Shown here: positions 62,548-64,000 of the stretch, piece by piece
How positions within the stretch are numbered: the stretch's first letter is position 1
Layout: each line of letters starts with the position of its first letter
NCBI GenBank assembly: GCA_964647665.1
Contig: CAZYIX010000003.1
Span: forward strand, 10,742 to 74,741
DNA: 64,000 bases
Origin: an uncultured Candidatus Poseidoniales archaeon
Lineage (GTDB): Archaea; Thermoplasmatota; Poseidoniia; Poseidoniales; Thalassarchaeaceae
Direction of reading: 5' to 3'
The notes under the pieces: generated by a model
Seen by the model: the letters and a program-made list of their open reading frames with translations, nothing else
What the model was told of the DNA's origin: nothing
The model's database searches: none
Position numbers and translations under genes: made by a program

Positions 62548-63999
62548 TCAGAGGGTCGAGTTGCCCCCGAGCAATAGCGGAGGAAGCGGCTCAAGCGGGC
62601 CCCGCATTGCCGGGCCTTGTGCCATGGTTGAGAATATGCCAATGTCCTGTAGGTTGTGTGACAGGCCAAACCAAACTCGGCCTTCATGGTCGACGATTAC
62701 ATCGATGAAGTCACCAAATCCGCCACACCGATTGTAGCCGCAACCCTCTGTGGTATCGAGTGGGTCATCCATTTCATTGACCTGAACGGTGGTGATGAGT
62801 GGTTGCTCGGCGAATGCGTCAGTGATTACTGACAAGTAGCCATTCCAGATATTTCCGCCAGTAGTTCCCACATATGCAAGCGCGACTCGACCTGAGGCGC
62901 CTGCCGCTATGGTTGGGAAGCCGGTGCCTTCAATGCCTGCTGGTGGAGCGACCATGATGGCCTCGCTCCAAGTGTTGCCCTCATCTTGTGAGTTGGAGTA
63001 GTAGGGCATGTTGTCAGCACCCATCCACAATGCATGCACGTTATCCCCGTCGTCTGCAGCTACCGCAGCCTCCTCGAAATTCCAAGTGTCAGCAGTTCCG
63101 CTCACCGATGTCGGCAATACGTGCTCAGACCAGGATATTCCGCCATTGGTGCTCCTATAGATGGAGTAACCACTCCCATCACAGCCCGGATTACCTCGGT
63201 AGAAATTACCGTTCTCTGAACCGACGATATGCCCGGTGAGTCCGCCACTGTCACAGTCGGTCGGCGCTCCAGGGAGTTCAGGACCCCAAGTATTGCCACC
63301 ATCCTGACTGGCTGAGCACATCGGGAACGGATAGCCTGCGTTGACGCAGAATACCCAAGTTGTCTGATGCAACGCTGCCGAAAACGGCGAGGAAGCGATG
63401 GTCTGATGGTCTTGCACTGCCCATCCACTTGCAGGAGTCGGCAGCGACCACGATGCACCCTCATTGTCTGACCATTCTACTGTCATCCCCAGCAGGGCAT
63501 GCATGTCGAATTTCATGATGCGGTCCGTCCATGGGTCCACGTACACATAGGGGTCGTTGCTATTGGCAACTGGTAGTAGCGGGTCGTAGGAATCAGTACA
63601 GGAGTATTGCAATTCCAGAATCATCTCGTTGAGTCCGGTGCATTTGACGATGGCTGTTGAGCCGGCCGCGCCATTTCCCCAACTGCTCATGTACAGATTG
63701 CCATCTGAGGTAGCACCTATGGTCGGCTCAAAGGTTGACATTCCTATTCCATAGTAAGTTCCAATCGAAAAGAACGGCGTGTTGTTCTCGGTCAAAATCG
63801 ATGTGCCATTCACGATATGGGTCGTGTTCAACGCGTTGGTAGCGTTTGCATAATGATACCACGTGGTAGCCGGAATCTCCTGTTCAAACTGAAATGGGTC
63901 AAATCCGGAGGGCCCTGAATCATCCTTGCCACCAAAACATCCGGAGAGACTTGAGGTTAGCATCAGCAGGACGAGAAGCACTGCTGGATGCCGGGGCAT
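62548..63999 (-). CDS. secreted lipoprotein with BNR/Asp-box repeats (sialidase-like beta-propeller)
   Basis: Lipobox LTSSLSGCFGG. Asp-boxes SDNEGASWS, SQDGGNTWG, STNGGISWS and SQDEGNTWS. The start codon lies 1 nt from the window end. Confidence 0.8.
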   Translation of the reverse strand: MPRHPAVLLVLLMLTSSLSGCFGGKDDSGPSGFDPFQFEQEIPATTWYHYANATNALNTTHIVNGTSILTENNTPFFSIGTYYGIGMSTFEPTIGATSDGNLYMSSWGNGAAGSTAIVKCTGLNEMILELQYSCTDSYDPLLPVANSNDPYVYVDPWTDRIMKFDMHALLGMTVEWSDNEGASWSLPTPASGWAVQDHQTIASSPFSAALHQTTWVFCVNAGYPFPMCSASQDGGNTWGPELPGAPTDCDSGGLTGHIVGSENGNFYRGNPGCDGSGYSIYRSTNGGISWSEHVLPTSVSGTADTWNFEEAAVAADDGDNVHALWMGADNMPYYSNSQDEGNTWSEAIMVAPPAGIEGTGFPTIAAGASGRVALAYVGTTGGNIWNGYLSVITDAFAEQPLITTVQVNEMDDPLDTTEGCGYNRCGGFGDFIDVIVDHEGRVWFGLSHNLQDIGIFSTMAQGPAMRGPLEPLPPLLLGGNSTL

Positions 64000-64000
64000 G

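Overview
This is a gene-dense archaeal chromosomal segment. Archaeal markers include aRF1, archaeal-type UMP kinase, a Nog1-type GTPase, an XPD/Rad3 helicase, a DUF2116 Zn-ribbon protein, and AT-rich TATA-like boxes about 25-35 nt upstream of many start codons. The gene content resembles planktonic heterotrophic Euryarchaeota such as Marine Group II, but that placement is inference only.

Features in order:
- 1-5 kb: Fe-S oxidoreductase and ferredoxin, Ogt, and a GshA-type ligase translationally coupled to an AsnB-like amidotransferase.
- 5-9.6 kb: methylmalonyl-CoA cluster (MeaB, B12-binding mutase subunit, carboxyltransferase, biotin carrier).
- 10-13 kb: GdhA and an HD phosphohydrolase.
- 13.2-16.7 kb: SBBP/TSP3 surface protein.
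- 16.7-18.8 kb: TerB-like and TrmB-like genes, tRNA-Leu(CAG), an RHH regulator, and a roughly 330-nt GC-rich hairpin-dense element.
- 18.8-21.4 kb: XPD helicase and a hypothetical gene.
- 21.4-30.4 kb: a 2,993-aa transglutaminase/TSP3/Ig giant protein.
- 30.5-33.5 kb: a roughly 985-aa CARDB/NEW3-like surface protein, then tRNA-Leu(UAA).
- 33.9-45.1 kb: a lysine-less NifS-like protein, an SDR, and a cluster of LipA, E1 alpha, E1 beta, E2, E3, LipB, an aminotransferase and UbiX.
- 45-52 kb: SAP-M28 peptidase, parvulin, FolB, peroxiredoxin, M43 protease, an AT-rich DUF1801 cassette flanked by repeats, and a quinone oxidoreductase.
- 52-58.4 kb: ArgS, aRF1, PyrH and Nog1.
- 58.5-64 kb: three secreted repeat proteins (pentapeptide, ELWxxDGT, BNR).

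About one third of the window encodes giant secreted or anchored repeat proteins. I saw no rRNA, CRISPR array, transposase or integrase.

The leads most worth a second look are the GC-rich structured element, the giant transglutaminase protein, the paralogous collagen-like surface proteins with a shared promoter, the GshA-AsnB pair and the lysine-less NifS homologue. All functional calls come from motif recognition by eye, and no database search was run.
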